Positions 63,761-64,000 of a stretch of DNA of 64,000 nucleotides are shown here, in pieces; positions within the stretch are counted from its first letter, which is position 1; each line of letters begins with the position of its first letter. Under the pieces are notes generated by a model, which was given only the letters and a program-made list of their open reading frames with translations, ran no database searches and had not been told where the DNA came from. This DNA comes from Laetmonice hystrix (Eukaryota), in contig OZ249438.1 in NCBI GenBank assembly GCA_965235115.1, forward strand, positions 9,610,001 through 9,674,000. Reading direction: 5' to 3'. Position numbers and translations under genes: made by a program.

Positions 63761-64000
63761 TAGGGGAATTAAAGTTGGGGCTGAATTAAAGGATGCCGTG
63801 ATGGAATATAACAGGGAGACTTAAACAAGGGACGGTCTGATTAGTGTTGACAGGGCAACCGTTCACATGAAAGGCGACATCGATGATAGGATATATGTAA
63901 TCAGTGATTTGTGGGTTTATCCTGCAGGAATTGTTTCCCCATACATCCTACAGCTCCGCTGTCAATGCCGTACTACATTTTCATAATGCAGGCATCCGAG

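Larger units (their letters stand above)
61423..64000 (+). other. Intron 2 of the PTK7-like gene (5' part; end not confidently located)
   Basis: Starts GTGAGT. No convincing continuation of Ig2 found before the window end. Confidence 0.6.

Noticed and set aside
63783-63990. Protein-looking frame ELKDAVMEYNRET*TRDGLISVDRATVHMKGDIDDRIYVISDLWVYP...
   Set aside because: Contains stops and no family motif I recognise; needs BLASTx.
63954-64000. Possible PTK7 exon 3 (ttgtttccccatacatcctaCAG| giving S-SAVNAVLHFHNAGIR)
   Set aside because: The acceptor is good and the phase fits, but the spacing from the Ig Trp looks short and the diagnostic D-x-G-x-Y-x-C would fall outside the window, so it cannot be supported. 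The next window would decide it.

Overview
This is eukaryotic (metazoan, probably non-arthropod invertebrate) genomic DNA. It holds the 5' end of one + strand gene that looks like PTK7/off-track, an Ig-superfamily Wnt/planar-cell-polarity pseudokinase receptor. Coding exon 1 (7792-8161) encodes a signal peptide plus Ig domain 1. It splices in frame (T|GG = Trp) across a 53,122-bp intron to exon 2 (61284-61422), the N-terminal half of Ig domain 2. No further exon is confidently placed. The non-coding space has about 27 mostly unrelated minisatellite arrays (roughly 17 kb by hand tally, about a quarter of the window), and these explain almost all long ORFs in the track. There are also two MITEs with clear TIRs and 3-bp TSDs, both inserted inside minisatellites, a possible LTR/PBS remnant, several motif clusters and a 132-N gap. 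I saw no rRNA, tRNA, CRISPR array or intact transposase/RT. The best leads are a recursive-splice-like site in the giant intron, a 259-codon non-repetitive antisense ORF with TATA and Kozak context, a read-through single-Ig isoform with a hydrophobic tail, and snapshots of minisatellite/MITE co-evolution. I found no clearly new system. All leads are hypotheses from reading by eye, with no database searches run.
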